A stretch of 64,000 nucleotides of DNA, from contig CAWHHI010000020.1 of NCBI GenBank assembly GCA_963829055.1, forward strand, positions 480,001 through 544,000, in the 5' to 3' direction. The position numbers were made by a program, and so were the translations under genes. Under the pieces are notes generated by a model. It made no database searches. It saw only the letters and a list, made by a program, of their open reading frames with translations, and was not told where the DNA came from. The stretch comes from an uncultured Gemmatimonadaceae bacterium (GTDB lineage Bacteria > Gemmatimonadota > Gemmatimonadetes > Gemmatimonadales > Gemmatimonadaceae). The stretch's first letter is position 1, and every line of letters begins with the position of its first letter. Positions 31,429 to 42,951 of the stretch are shown piece by piece.

Positions 31429-32493
31429 CTACACCGACCAGGAGCAGCGCTCGGCCGCTTCCTCGAGACGCCGAGCCCACCACTCCCATTCAGCCTGCGC
31501 CGCTTCGGTCCCGGCGGCGAGCTGCGCGCCCTTCGACCAGAGCATCGTGCGCGCGCCGTAGATCACGGCGACATCCTCGAGCCGAGCCCACAGCGCGTCA
31601 TCGAGCTCTTGTCCGAGCTCGCGCTCGAGCAGCTGGCGGTAGTGCGCGATCACCGCGTCCTTGCTCCGCGCCAGCCGGCTCGCGTTGACGCCCAGGTACC
31701 AGCCAAGATCCGTCGTCGATGGCCCCGTTCCTACCATTGCCCAGTCGAACGCGGCAACGCCGCGCTCCGGGATGGGTGCGAAGTTCGCGACCTTGACGTC
31801 CCCATGGACCAACGTCTGCGGGAGGTCGGCCCATGCCTCGTGAACGATCCGCGCCGGACAGCGAAGCACCTCCGACGCACGTGCCGACACTCGCGCGAGC
31901 GCGGCGTCCCACCCGAGCCGCAGCCGTTCGCGGAGCGCGGGCGGCATGAGCGCGAGCGCCGCGGCATCGTCGAGCACAGTCGGGAGTACGAGTTCCGACG
32001 TCAATGACGCACGTCCAAGCCACGCCATCGAGAGCGCAGGCGAACGCCAGAATCGCGCGTGGAGTCGCGCCAGTGCCGCCAGAAGCTCGTCCTCGTGTGA
32101 GCGCGCGATGGGCTCGCGCACGTCGGGGAACACGTGCGCTCCGATGTCCTCCATCAGCAGGCCCGATCGGCCACCCTCGACCGCGTACGCGACGTACGGC
32201 GACACGAAGGCTTCCCACACTGCGTCGAGGGCGCGCTCGGCGAGGAGGGACCACTCGCGTCCCACGCGATCCCCGGTCCGAATCGCGGTCCACTCGCGCG
32301 CCGGATCGCAGAGCTTGAGGACGAAGCGCCGCGTCTCGCCGGAGGGGAGCACCGCGACGATTCGCCCGTGAACGGCCCCGGAGAACCCGACGGTCGAGAG
32401 AGGCTCCTCGCGCACACTAACCGCACCGAGCGTCGCCGGGTCTGTCAGGTCCGCGAGACAGTTCACACGGAGGGCCGGTGTCGGGCGCCGCAT
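31429..32493 (-). CDS. Aminoglycoside phosphotransferase / choline kinase-like protein
   Basis: FVLK, LLMED, LARLHA, TLVHGDVKVANF, FDW. Confidence 0.8.
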   Translation of the reverse strand: MRRPTPALRVNCLADLTDPATLGAVSVREEPLSTVGFSGAVHGRIVAVLPSGETRRFVLKLCDPAREWTAIRTGDRVGREWSLLAERALDAVWEAFVSPYVAYAVEGGRSGLLMEDIGAHVFPDVREPIARSHEDELLAALARLHARFWRSPALSMAWLGRASLTSELVLPTVLDDAAALALMPPALRERLRLGWDAALARVSARASEVLRCPARIVHEAWADLPQTLVHGDVKVANFAPIPERGVAAFDWAMVGTGPSTTDLGWYLGVNASRLARSKDAVIAHYRQLLERELGQELDDALWARLEDVAVIYGARTMLWSKGAQLAAGTEAAQAEWEWWARRLEEAAERCSWSV

Positions 32494-32497
32494 CAGA

Positions 32498-34073
32498 TCA
32501 CGGCTTCCACAAGGGAGGTGGAAAATTCCCGTAGCCCGTCGTCCACGAAAGCGGTATCTCCAGCCCCGTGCTCACGTTGAGCAACGTAACCGTTGTCCCC
32601 GCCCACCCATCGCGCGGCTCGAAGGCCGCGAAGATCCACTGCCCATCGGGCGACCACTTCACACCGGGAACGTACTTGCGCCCCGGCGGCGAGAGGGCAC
32701 GCGCGCCGGTGCCGTCAGACCGAATCGTCCAGATCTGGTTATTGGCCGCCGTGTAGGCGATCAGCTCCCCACTCGGCGCCCACTGCGGGCGCTGGCCACC
32801 GGGCGCGATCTCTCGCACTGACCTGTTCGCGATCGTCAGTATCCGCACCGAATAGCCGGTCCGGTTCCCTGTCTGGTTCTCGAACGCGATTCGCGTTCCG
32901 TCCGGCGAAATCGATGGCCATTTATTCACGAGCTCGAAGCACTCGTTGCCACCCGGAGGACTGAGCCGGTCGATGACCTGCGGACTCGTTAGGTGCAGCC
33001 GATAGATGATCTGGCTGAAATTGCAGTTACCGGCTGACATGTAGACCCACTGTCCGTCCGGCGAAGCCGTGAACCCCCCGTCCATTACCGCGGGCACGGC
33101 GATGCCACCCGCGCCCGTTCCGGACGTCGATGCGAGCAGCTGCATGGACCCGTTCAGCGAGACGCGATAGAGCGCGCTTCGCAGTGCTGAAGGTGCCGAG
33201 CAGGGCGAGAAACGACTGACCATCCGGCTGCCACTCGAGACCGAAATCGCTGGCTTCGAGATCGTGCGGGATCCCGACGAACGCGCTACCGTCGAGCGGT
33301 CCCGTCACGAACTTCGCGTTCCGCCGCACCAGGATGGTCGCGGCGGGAACGACGCTGACCCACGTCGTGTCGGGAGCGACCGAGCTTCGATCGAGTCGAC
33401 CAACGACGGCGGCACGAGCCGGCACACTCGTACCCACCTGGCCGCTGGCCGAAACCGTTATCCCCTGACCCACCAGCGCATAGGTCACGACCTCGGGGCG
33501 TAAGTTGAAGTACCGATCCTCCACGCGTCCACCGAGCGCGAACGTGCGCCCAACCTGGACGGTTGTATCCTCGACTGGCAGGGTCACGATCGCCGGCTGG
33601 CCGGGGAGCACCGTGTAGCGCACCGTGTCCACGAGACCCGCCTGCGGCACGGAGATCTCGACGCCCGCTGCACCAGCAAGATCACCCATGGTGATTCGTG
33701 CGGCGGCCGCGCCTTGAGCGGACGTCGTCTCGGCGAGGAATGTCTTGTCGACCTGGTTGCTCAAGTCGCCGACGAGCACGGTTTGCGTCCGGGGACCTAC
33801 CGGTTCGCCCAGCGGCACTGACGAAAAGCGCACGATGGCACCCGCGAGAACGTCTCCCGCCTGATCGCGCACGACCACGCGGAGCGGCTGCGGCAGGACG
33901 GCGTCGATCGTGTCGGTGACATTCGCGCCGGCGATGACATTGATCCCAGGTTCCCTGCCGTCAGGCCCGGTGGATTCAGCGCAGCTAGCCGTCACGACAG
34001 CGAACAACGCGAGGAGCGAGACGCGAGCGCAGCGGGCGGCACACGAAGAGGGCGAGATCATTCGGCGCATCAT
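32498..34073 (-). CDS. Lipoprotein with Ig-like region and TolB/PD40-like beta-propeller (frameshift near 33210)
   Basis: Lipobox TASC; SPDGQW, SPDGTRIAF, WAPSGELIAY, WSPDGQWI repeats. Confidence 0.7.
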
Positions 34074-34337
34074 AAACGCCGGCACACCACGTCGCCATAT
34101 CCGGCTCGGCGTTAGGCACCGAGGCGTCGATTGCCTCCGTGGCGTGACCCGCGAGGTGAAGACGGAACACCGGCTCGCCGATGAGCCAGTAGCGAAAGCC
34201 CCCACCCCACAGTTAGCCGAACGTCGTATTGCTGCGCGTCCCGGTTCGCGGTCACGATTAGCCGTGATATCAGCGAAGACCGGCCGACGCGACGCGGGGT
34301 AATCGGCGAGTCTCCACACGAAAACCGAGCAGACCAG

Positions 34338-37236
34338 ATGGCAACCACGAGCTCTGCATTGGGTTTGCGGTTCGTTCGTGCGAGCCCGTGGCTGTGCCTT
34401 GGTGGCGCGACGCTTGGCGCCGTCGGGTTGTTCGGCTGGGTAAGCGGCGTGCCTGGTCTCACGACGATCGTGCCCGGCCTGCCGCCCATGATGCCGAAAA
34501 CGGCACTCGCACTCATGCTGATCGGCGGCGCCGGGGCGGCGCGCCAACCATCCGACAGCCGACCGCTGCGGAACGCGCTGTCGCTCCTGGCCACCCTCGT
34601 CGTGCTCGCGTTAGGCGCGTCGCAGCTGGCCGAGTATGCACTGGGGATCGATCTGCCGATCGATCGAGCCCTCGCACGCATTGACCTGACATTGTTCCTT
34701 GGGCGGTCGTCGCCGCCGACGACACTGGCTCTGACCTGCCTCTCCGCCGCGCTCCTCCTGTCGAACCTCGGCGCGACGGCCCGTGTGACCCTCTCGCAGT
34801 GGCTCATCCTCGGTGCTGCGCTCGTCGCGTTCACGGGCCTCACCGGAATCATCCTCGAAGCGGCGCCGCTCTACCGATTGGCGCGGACGCCCGTCATCGG
34901 CCTGAGCCTTCCTTCGGCGGTCAGCCTGCTCCTGACGTCGATGGGGCTGCTGCTCGCACGTCCCACCGATGGAGTCATGCGCGTGGCTGTCTCGCCAGGC
35001 CCCGGTGGCGTTCTGCTCAGACGCCTGGTACTGCCAGCCATCGTCGCACCGGTGCTGATCGCCTTCGTCGTCACACGAGTTTTCGCCGCTCGCGGCACCG
35101 TCGGGGTTTCTACCCCCGTGGCGATCCTCGCGGCGACGATGGCCGCGGTGAGTCTTGTTCTGCTCGTCGTCATTTCGGGGCCTCTCGACCTCGCGCATCA
35201 GGACGCGGAGGTGAGCCGCACGCACACCCGGAACCTCGTCGAGCAGGCACCCGATGGCATCTTCGTGGCCAATATCGACGGACGCTACACCGACGTGAAC
35301 GACGCGGGCTGCCGCATGCTCCAGTACTCCCGCGAGGAGCTCATCGGGAAGACGATCGTCGACCTGATCCCTCCGGAAGATGTCGGGCGGCTGTGGCAAT
35401 CGAGGGAGCGGCTTCTCGAGGGCACCGTGCAGGTTGACGAGTGGACGCTTCGGCGCAAGGACGGCACCTTCATCCCGGTGGAGGTGAGCGCGAGGATTCT
35501 CCCGGACGGGCGGTGGCAGGGGTTCGTTCGTGACATCGGCGAGCGCAAGCGGCTCGAGGATGCGCTTCGCCTCTCCGAGGCGATATCAACCGGGATCCTC
35601 TCGATCTCCGCTGACGCGATCATCTCCGTGGACGCGGATCAGCGCATCACGCAGTTCAACGAGGGCGCGGAGAAGATCTACGGCTACACGAAGGCGGAGG
35701 TGATCGGCGCCCCGCTCGACATGCTCGTTCCGGCGCGGTCTCGCGGCGCCCACCATCGACACGTGGCGCGCTTCGCGACGACACCAGGAATCGCCCGGAC
35801 GATGGGGGTGCGCGAAGGCATCGTCGGGCTCCGCAAGAATGGCGAGGAGTTCCCCGCTGACGTAGCGATCTCGAATCTGGAGGTCGGTGGGTCGCGCGTT
35901 CTGACGGCCATCGTTCGCGATGCCACGGAGCAGAGGCGAACGGAGAACGAGCAGCGATTCCTGGCCGAGGTCGGTCCGGTGCTGGCAACGACACTGGACT
36001 ACGAGGAGACGCTCTCACGTATCGCCGAAATGGCCACGCGGGGACTCGCCGACTTCTGCATCGTCGATCTCGTCGATGACAAGGGCGAGGTCCGGCGGGC
36101 GAGGGTCGTCAGCCGGGATCCCGCGAAGGTCTGGCTATGCGAAGCCCTGCAACGGCTTCCGCTCGGTCCGGGGCGGCCGCCCCTCGTCAGGTCCGTGCTC
36201 GAATCCGGGCAGCCGTTCCTCCTGCCGCGCCTAACGACGGAGGAGGTCGAACGGCTCGCTGCGACGGACGACCATCGTCGGTTAGTGATCGCGGCAGAGC
36301 TGGAGTCCGTCATGGTCATCCCCCTCATCGCGGCTGGAAGACGCCTGGGCGCAATGTCCTTTCTGTCCGCGACCCCATCCCACCTGTACGGGCCGGACGA
36401 CTTGCGCATGGCGCACGAGCTCGCGCAGCGAGCAGCACTCGCCGTCGACAGCGCCCGCCTCTATCGCGCCGCGCAACGGGCGATCCAGATGAGGGACGAC
36501 GTACTCGGCATCGTGGCTCACGATCTCCGAACTCCACTCTCGCTGATCCTTCTCGAAGCCCAACTCATTGAACTGAGCTCGCACGGCGCCGAGCGCCGGT
36601 CGCGGGAACGCTGCCGAGGCGATCGATCGGGCGGCGACCCGCATGAATCGCCTCATCCAGGACCTCCTGGACGTGACCAGCATCGAAGCCGGCCAGCTGA
36701 CCATCGAACACAACCGCCTGGCCAGTGCACAGGTTGTGTCCGACACGGTGAAAGCCCACCGCGCGTTGACGTCCGCTGTAGCCATCGAGTTTCGGCTGGC
36801 CACGTCGCCGGAGGTTCCTGAGATCTGGGCGGATCGTGACCGGATCCTCCAGGTGTTCGACAACCTCATCGGGAATGCCGTCAAGTTCACCGCACCAGGT
36901 GGGTCCATCACTATTGGAGCGGCCCCTCGAGATGCCGGCGTGCTCTTTTGGGTTGGCGACACGGGGCCCGGGATCGCGATCGAGGACCAGGCGCACCTGT
37001 TCGATCGGTTCTGGCGCGCGCAGCACACAAAACGCGCCGGTGCGGGTTTGGGACTCGCTATCGTCAAGGGCATCGTCGAGGCCCACGGCGGTCGTGTCTG
37101 GGTCGAGAGCGCGCCAGCGCGAGGGAGCACGTTCTACTTCACGATCCCGGCAGCGCCGCCGATGGAGCTGACAACGGGGACAACGGGCGATCCGCCCGCG
37201 AGTCGCATCGGCGGTGTCCCGCAAGCGTCTGCGTGA
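34338..37236 (+). CDS. Membrane PAS-PAS-GAF sensor histidine kinase (frameshift near 36615)
   Basis: About 7 TM helices, two PAS domains, GAF, AHDLRTPL, NLIGNAVKFT, DTGPGI, GAGLGL. Confidence 0.9.
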
Positions 37237-37257
37237 TATCCTGACAGCCGCCACAGG

Positions 37258-37629
37258 TCAGGTGGCAAACGCTCCTTGAATGGCGGGCAACAGGTCGTCA
37301 ACCACCTTCATCTTGGAAACGAAGGCTGAGGCCCCCGCCGTCAGAACTCTAGTCCGAGTGAACGCATCGTCAGCGCCGGACACCACAACGATCTTCGCGT
37401 GTGGGATTACTCCCCTGAGGTGCCGACACGTGTCCAGTCCGTCGTGTGTCGGCATGAACAGATCGACGACGATGACGTCGGGTTGGAGTCTGCTCGCGGC
37501 GTCGAACAACGCGCCGACGTCAGTGACACAGCCCACCACGTCGCACGACGGTGCCAGCAGCCGCTCGAACGCGTTCAGGATCCCCGCGTTGTCGTCGGCC
37601 AGTAGAACGCGCAGTCGTGGGCTACTCAC
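37258..37629 (-). CDS. Single-domain response regulator
   Basis: RVLLADD, PDVIVVDLFMP, IVVVSG, FVSK; probable GTG start at 37629. Confidence 0.85.
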   Translation of the reverse strand: MSSPRLRVLLADDNAGILNAFERLLAPSCDVVGCVTDVGALFDAASRLQPDVIVVDLFMPTHDGLDTCRHLRGVIPHAKIVVVSGADDAFTRTRVLTAGASAFVSKMKVVDDLLPAIQGAFAT

Positions 37630-37988
37630 AAAGAATTCCGAGCACGCTCGACGATCTCGGGAGTCGCGCTGCAAGGGATTTCTTTCCCATGAACAGGTCG
37701 GGGAAAGCTGGGGCCAGCGAAGCCTGCGGGAGATCGAGTCTGCCTCGGCGCGTCTGATCACGTGTTCGGTCGCACCACACGCTGCCAACGTAGTTCCCCG
37801 CGTCAACTCGCCGCCAGCGCCTCTCTCATCTCCGACTCGCAGTCCCGGCGGATCCCCACTCACGTCGACAATCACGCCGGCGCTGAACTAGAGAGACAGG
37901 GCCACGTCGCGGTCTCGAAACTCCAGTGGGCTCGCACCGTACAGCCCGCGAATCATCCCGTGGAGTGGGGCATGCCGTGGAGTGGGGC

Positions 37989-39492
37989 ATGGTGACACAT
38001 GCGGCGAGAAACGGTGGAGCGCAGCGCCGAGTCCTGATGTCCATTCTCGCCTTTGCTTGCACCGGCGTGGCGACCGCACTGCTCGCCGGCTCGCTCGCCG
38101 CGCGCGGCGTGAACGCGGTTCTCGTCGCGCCGCCGGAGATCGACACGGCCGCCGTCGGGCGGTTCGTCAGCGCTTATTGCGCGCGCACCGGGCTGCCCGG
38201 AGCCGTCGTCGCGATCACCAGGGGCAATCGCGCGATCTATCTCGGTGGCCAGGGGACGAGCTCCGACGGCTCGCCGCTCGATGCGGACTCCCGGCTTCCG
38301 ATCGCTTCGCTCAGCAAGTCCTTCACCGCGCTGGCGATCATGCAGCTCGTCGAGAGGGGAACGCTCGACCTCGACCAGCCAGTACGCCGCTTCCTCCCCG
38401 AGTTCGTCGTGGCCGATGCGCGCGGTGACCGGATCACCGTCCGTCAACTCCTCGACCACACGTCGGGGATGGCGGACACCGAGTTCCCGGAGAAGAGCAT
38501 CCCGACGCCGGTATCGTTGCGAGACGCCGTCGCGCGTCTGCGCACGGCCCGCCTGGCCAGCGATCCAGGGACGTCCTTCCACTACCACAACCCGAACTAC
38601 TGGGTGGCCGCGCGACTGATCGAGGTGGTCAGCGGCGAATCATTCCCCGACTATCTGCAGCGGCACGTGTTCGATCCCGCAGGGATGCACGCCAGCACCA
38701 CGGCCGGCAGCCTCCCTTCCGTCGCGGACGTGGCGCACGGTCACATCCGGTTCTATGGCGCGTCGCTCGCGCTTCCCGAACCGCCATGGTACCTCGAGGG
38801 TGCCAGCGGCGTGGTGACGACCGCGCGCGATCTCGCGCGCTGGCTGATCGTCCAGAGCACCGGGGGCGTGTCGGCCGACGGTGTTCGGCTGATCTCGGCG
38901 GCAGAGCGTCGACGCGATGCACCGCAAGGACCTTGGCTGGAGTCTCGACCAACGGACGGGTGCAGCGCACCACGCGGGATGGCTGTTCACGTTCACCGCC
39001 AGGCAGGTCGTGCTGCCTAACGGCTATGCGATCGCGGTGGCGACGAACCGTGGCGTGAGCGTGGGCCCGGACGACAGCGAGGAGATCATGCGCGGGCTGA
39101 TCGCCATGACGCGCGGCGAGACACCCACCGTGGGCGCGCCAGTCGGCCGGATCATTGACCTCGTGCTGCTCCTGCTCACGCTCGGCGTCGGCGCGGCGGG
39201 TATCCGGAGCGTTCGACGCTCACGCACCTGGGCGGAGCGCTGGCACCGCCACGCCACGGTTTCGGCGGTACTTGGACTCGCCGCGTGGATCGCTCCGATC
39301 GTGACGCTCGCCAGTCTGCGCCGGATCGTCATGTATGTCTTCGGCGGCAGGGACGGCACGTGGACGCAGCTCGCGTACGTCGCGCCCTCGCTGGTGGTGA
39401 TGCTCGCCGTCGCGACGGCGTTCGGGGTGGTGATCGTCATCCTGCGGATCGTTCTCGTGACGCGGGACGGGACCCTCGGTCCGGGGTCCTAG
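37989..39492 (+). CDS. Serine hydrolase (beta-lactamase/PBP family) with C-terminal TM helices (frameshift near 38905)
   Basis: ASLSKSFT (SxxK), LLDHTSG, YHNPNY, HAG in the second frame. Confidence 0.85.
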
Positions 39493-39751
39493 CACGATCG
39501 GTCGGCGCGCACTGACCCCCTTCGGTCCCGCAGAGGGACGATAGGGTGGCGCTCTGGACCGCCACTGCGGGTGCGCTGCTCTTCGCGGCGTTAGGCGCGG
39601 GCTCCGCGGCCGGCCAACAAGGACAACAGGAGTGCTTTACTTCCGCCGGCGACGTGGGCCGGACCCGCTCGTTGCTCCGGTGCTCCCTCGAGCGTCGCTA
39701 CTGAGTATTGCTCAGCGCTCGCGAACCACCTCCCAACGCCGGAAGGGCCGA

Positions 39752-39976
39752 ATGATCAACGCAACGCCTGACCATGAGCGGCGCGCCGCCATCTCCGAGC
39801 GTCTGGCGCGGGTGCGCGGCGCCCTGACCGACGCCGAGTTCGCGCAGCTCGTCGTTGACGTCGCACGGACTGCGGAACGATTCGACGAGATCGTGGCGCA
39901 GCGCCGAGACGGGATGAGGGTGACGCATTACCGAAGGGCGCCGGAGCCCCTGAAGGACCGCAACGCGCGGGCGTAA
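39752..39976 (+). CDS. Small hypothetical protein
   Basis: GGAAGG RBS and ATG at 39752; 74-aa helical-looking ORF. Confidence 0.45.
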   Translation: MINATPDHERRAAISERLARVRGALTDAEFAQLVVDVARTAERFDEIVAQRRDGMRVTHYRRAPEPLKDRNARA

Positions 39977-40012
39977 TCGCGCGGGTTGACGTGGCGTGGA
40001 CGCGCGCGATGG

Positions 40013-41442
40013 TCAGGGGAACTCGAAGCGAAGCGGTGCACGACCGCTCGGGAGGCGCTCCGGAATGAGCCGCCGCAGGTACTGCGGGCGAGCCGCCGGG
40101 TCGAGGAGGCCTCCGCTAACAAAGTCCACCAGCGCCTCGAGCTCGGCGTCCGAGAGTGCGACCGGCACCCGCAGCCGAGGGTCGAGCCGGGCCAGCGCGG
40201 GGGCCGTCGGCCCAAGCGGCCCGCGCAGGTCCGCCGCAAGGAGATCCGGCGTATACGAGCTCGCCTGCCCTATGGGGTCCAGGTGGTACCGGATCGCGTC
40301 CTTCAGCCTGACGAACGCGCCGTTGTGCATGAACGCCGGCTGCAGCGCCACGTTCCGGAGCGGCGACGTGCGGAACGCGTACCGATCGGCCGGGTCTCCC
40401 GTCACCTGCTCGAGCCCGAAGTCCTCGTTCAGGCCCGGCCCGTCGAAGGTCACGTTCCCGACCGCCGGCGCCACCTGCGGCACCGCGGTGACGTGCTCGC
40501 GGAAGTCGCTGAACATCTCGTTGGACTGGCCCGACACGGCGTGACACTGGACACATCCGGCCCGGCCGAAGAAGAGCACGGCGCCACGCTTTTGTCCCTC
40601 ACTGAGCGCATTGCGATCGCCGCGCGCGTAGCGATCGATCGGCGCGTCGGTGGTGACGAGCGTGAACTCGAACTCGGCGATCGCACGGCCGACGTGATCG
40701 AACGTGATTGGCGCGCCGGCCTTGACCTGCGGGAACGCTCGCGAGAAGAGGTCGCGGTAGTTCCGGTTGGCGTTCAGCCGGCGCAGCACCTCGTTTCGGA
40801 TGTCGTCGTTGTTCCCCGGGAACGTCGAACCCCGCAACCTCCACGCGCTCGGTGGGTGGGATGAACGCCTGCGCCGCGAGCAGGTGCGGCTGGTACGACA
40901 GCGTTAGGCCCTCGGGCTGCGGGAACTGAGAATCCGGCACGGTTGTCGAACGGGTTACCGGAGCGCGCGCGGAAGCGCGAGTTCCACATCAGCGTCGGGT
41001 AGAACGCCGTGTTGATCACCATCGGCGAGCGTCGCTGATTGCGCGGGCCGGTTCGCCCCGGACCCACGATCCCGTTGTTGTCGATCCCAATAGCGATCGA
41101 CTGCGTGTCACCGAAGCCGTTCGTGGGCGAGTGACAGCCTCCACACGTGTTGTCGTCGTTCAACCCGCCGATCGGGTCGAACCACAGCATGCGCCCGACC
41201 TCGGCGACCTGCTGATCGACGCGGCGACCGAGGCGCGCCTCGAGCGTGCTCGCCATACGGCCAGTGAAGCCGAGTGTGTTCAGGTACGTCTGCAGGTCAG
41301 CGTCCAATCCAGGTGCGCCCGCTACGGAGGCCGCCGGTGCCGGCACGGCAGTGATGCCATCCACCTCCGCGCGCTCGGTGCACGCGCCGATGGCAGGAAG
41401 CATTGTCGTGACTGCGAGGACCATCCACACATTCGCTTTCAT
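40013..41442 (-). CDS. Di-heme cytochrome c peroxidase / MauG-family lipoprotein (frameshifts near 40830-40930)
   Basis: Lipobox IGAC; CGGCH and CVQCH heme motifs; LMWNSR; FRTSPLRNV; FMHNG. Confidence 0.85.
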
Positions 41443-41555
41443 GGCCGACGCCGGGTCGTGGTGGGGCGATCGTCGATTCGGCGATCGCGGTCAAGCGTTA
41501 GGTGAGCGGCAAGCGGCCGCGGTGCGGCGCCTCACTGCACCGCGGCCGACTTGTC

Positions 41556-42077
41556 TCAGATGGGATCGCAGAAGATGTCCAGGCCCCGGACGACGGGATT
41601 GTCGACGGGCTCGAAGGCGGGGTACGTGAATTTGCCGCGGAGGTATACCCTGACGTCCGGCGTTTTCCCCTGTCCGAGGAGATTGAAGTGATCGACGATG
41701 TCGACTACGGTCGGGGGCGTGGTCGGGCTGACTGGGTCGACCCAGATTTGGGTGCCGGCGTAGTCGAACACATACGTGGACCCGTCCGTTCCGCTCGCCG
41801 TTCCATGCGCGCTCAGGTTGAGCACGACTTTCAATTCGCCCGTCGGGGACTGCGACACGCGGGTCACCGCGTGGAGGACGCCGGTGCCCGTGACATCCGT
41901 CGGTAGGGCGCACAGGGTGGCGGAGAGCGTGAACTGGACCGGGACCGTCGAGTTGTCCACCACCGCGGGTACGGCCTGTTTCGGCACGTTAGGCGGCGCG
42001 GATGGTGGCGAGACGGGTTCGGCGCAGGCGACGAGCGTAACGGCGCCGAGGGCGAGCAGTGAGGCGCGGAGCAGCAT
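41556..42077 (-). CDS. Hypothetical lipoprotein
   Basis: GGAGG RBS and ATG at 42077; lipobox LVAC. Confidence 0.6.
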   Translation of the reverse strand: MLLRASLLALGAVTLVACAEPVSPPSAPPNVPKQAVPAVVDNSTVPVQFTLSATLCALPTDVTGTGVLHAVTRVSQSPTGELKVVLNLSAHGTASGTDGSTYVFDYAGTQIWVDPVSPTTPPTVVDIVDHFNLLGQGKTPDVRVYLRGKFTYPAFEPVDNPVVRGLDIFCDPI

Positions 42078-42390
42078 AGAACCTCCAGGGTTCTTGCCGG
42101 CAGAGCGCCGGCGGTGAACGTGTCCGACCGAACCGCGAAGCGACCAGATCGATCTCGTGCCTCGAGCTGCAAATCGCCACCGCCAGCATGGCCGGGGCGA
42201 CATCAAAGGTCCGCGACGATACGTCGCGTGACACCGAGACGTGTTTCATCGTGTTGCCTTCGGCAGGTCCCCCGTCCATGTTGTCACGGCACTGCGGTGG
42301 CGTCTCTGGTCACCGGGTAGAACGACGTAGCGAGCCAGGATGCGACATTGTGGTTTCGACGCGTTCTCACGGCGGGCGGTCTAACGGGAT

Positions 42391-42951
42391 ATGGATGGCT
42401 CGACGACACGCACCGACATCCTCGGGGAACAGCGTAGCGGTGCCTCCGAACCGCTCGACCGACTCGTGCCGATCGTGTACGCGGAGCTGCGCGCCATCGC
42501 CCATCGACAGCTTGCGATCGGTGGACGCGGCGGCACGCTCGCGACGACCGCGCTCGTCCACGAGGCGTACATCAAACTCGTCGACCAGTCGCAGGCGCAG
42601 TGGCGCGACCGTACACACTTCTTCGCCGTCGCGGCGCTCGCGATGCGGCATGTCCTGGTCGATCGAGCGAAGGCTCGCCGGAGGCTGAAGCGGGGCGGCG
42701 ACCAGCACCACGTCAGTCTCGACGAGGAGAACATCGGCGCCGACGATCAACCGGATGCGCTACTGGAGCTCGACGAGGCGCTGACCAGACTCGCCGCATT
42801 CGATCCGCGCCTCGCGCGCGTGGTCGAGTACCGCTTCTTCGGCGGCCTCACCGAGCAGGAGATTGCCGAGGCAATGGGCGTCACGCTGCGCACCGTCCAG
42901 CGCGACTGGGCAAAGGCACGCGCCCTCCTGCATCGCGCGCTCGCACCGTGA
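42391..42951 (+). CDS. ECF sigma factor, Ser/Thr-kinase-associated type (TIGR02999-like)
   Basis: LVPIVYAELRAIA, TLATTALVHEAYIKL, RFFGGLT..EIAE, TVQRDW. Confidence 0.9.
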   Translation: MDGSTTRTDILGEQRSGASEPLDRLVPIVYAELRAIAHRQLAIGGRGGTLATTALVHEAYIKLVDQSQAQWRDRTHFFAVAALAMRHVLVDRAKARRRLKRGGDQHHVSLDEENIGADDQPDALLELDEALTRLAAFDPRLARVVEYRFFGGLTEQEIAEAMGVTLRTVQRDWAKARALLHRALAP

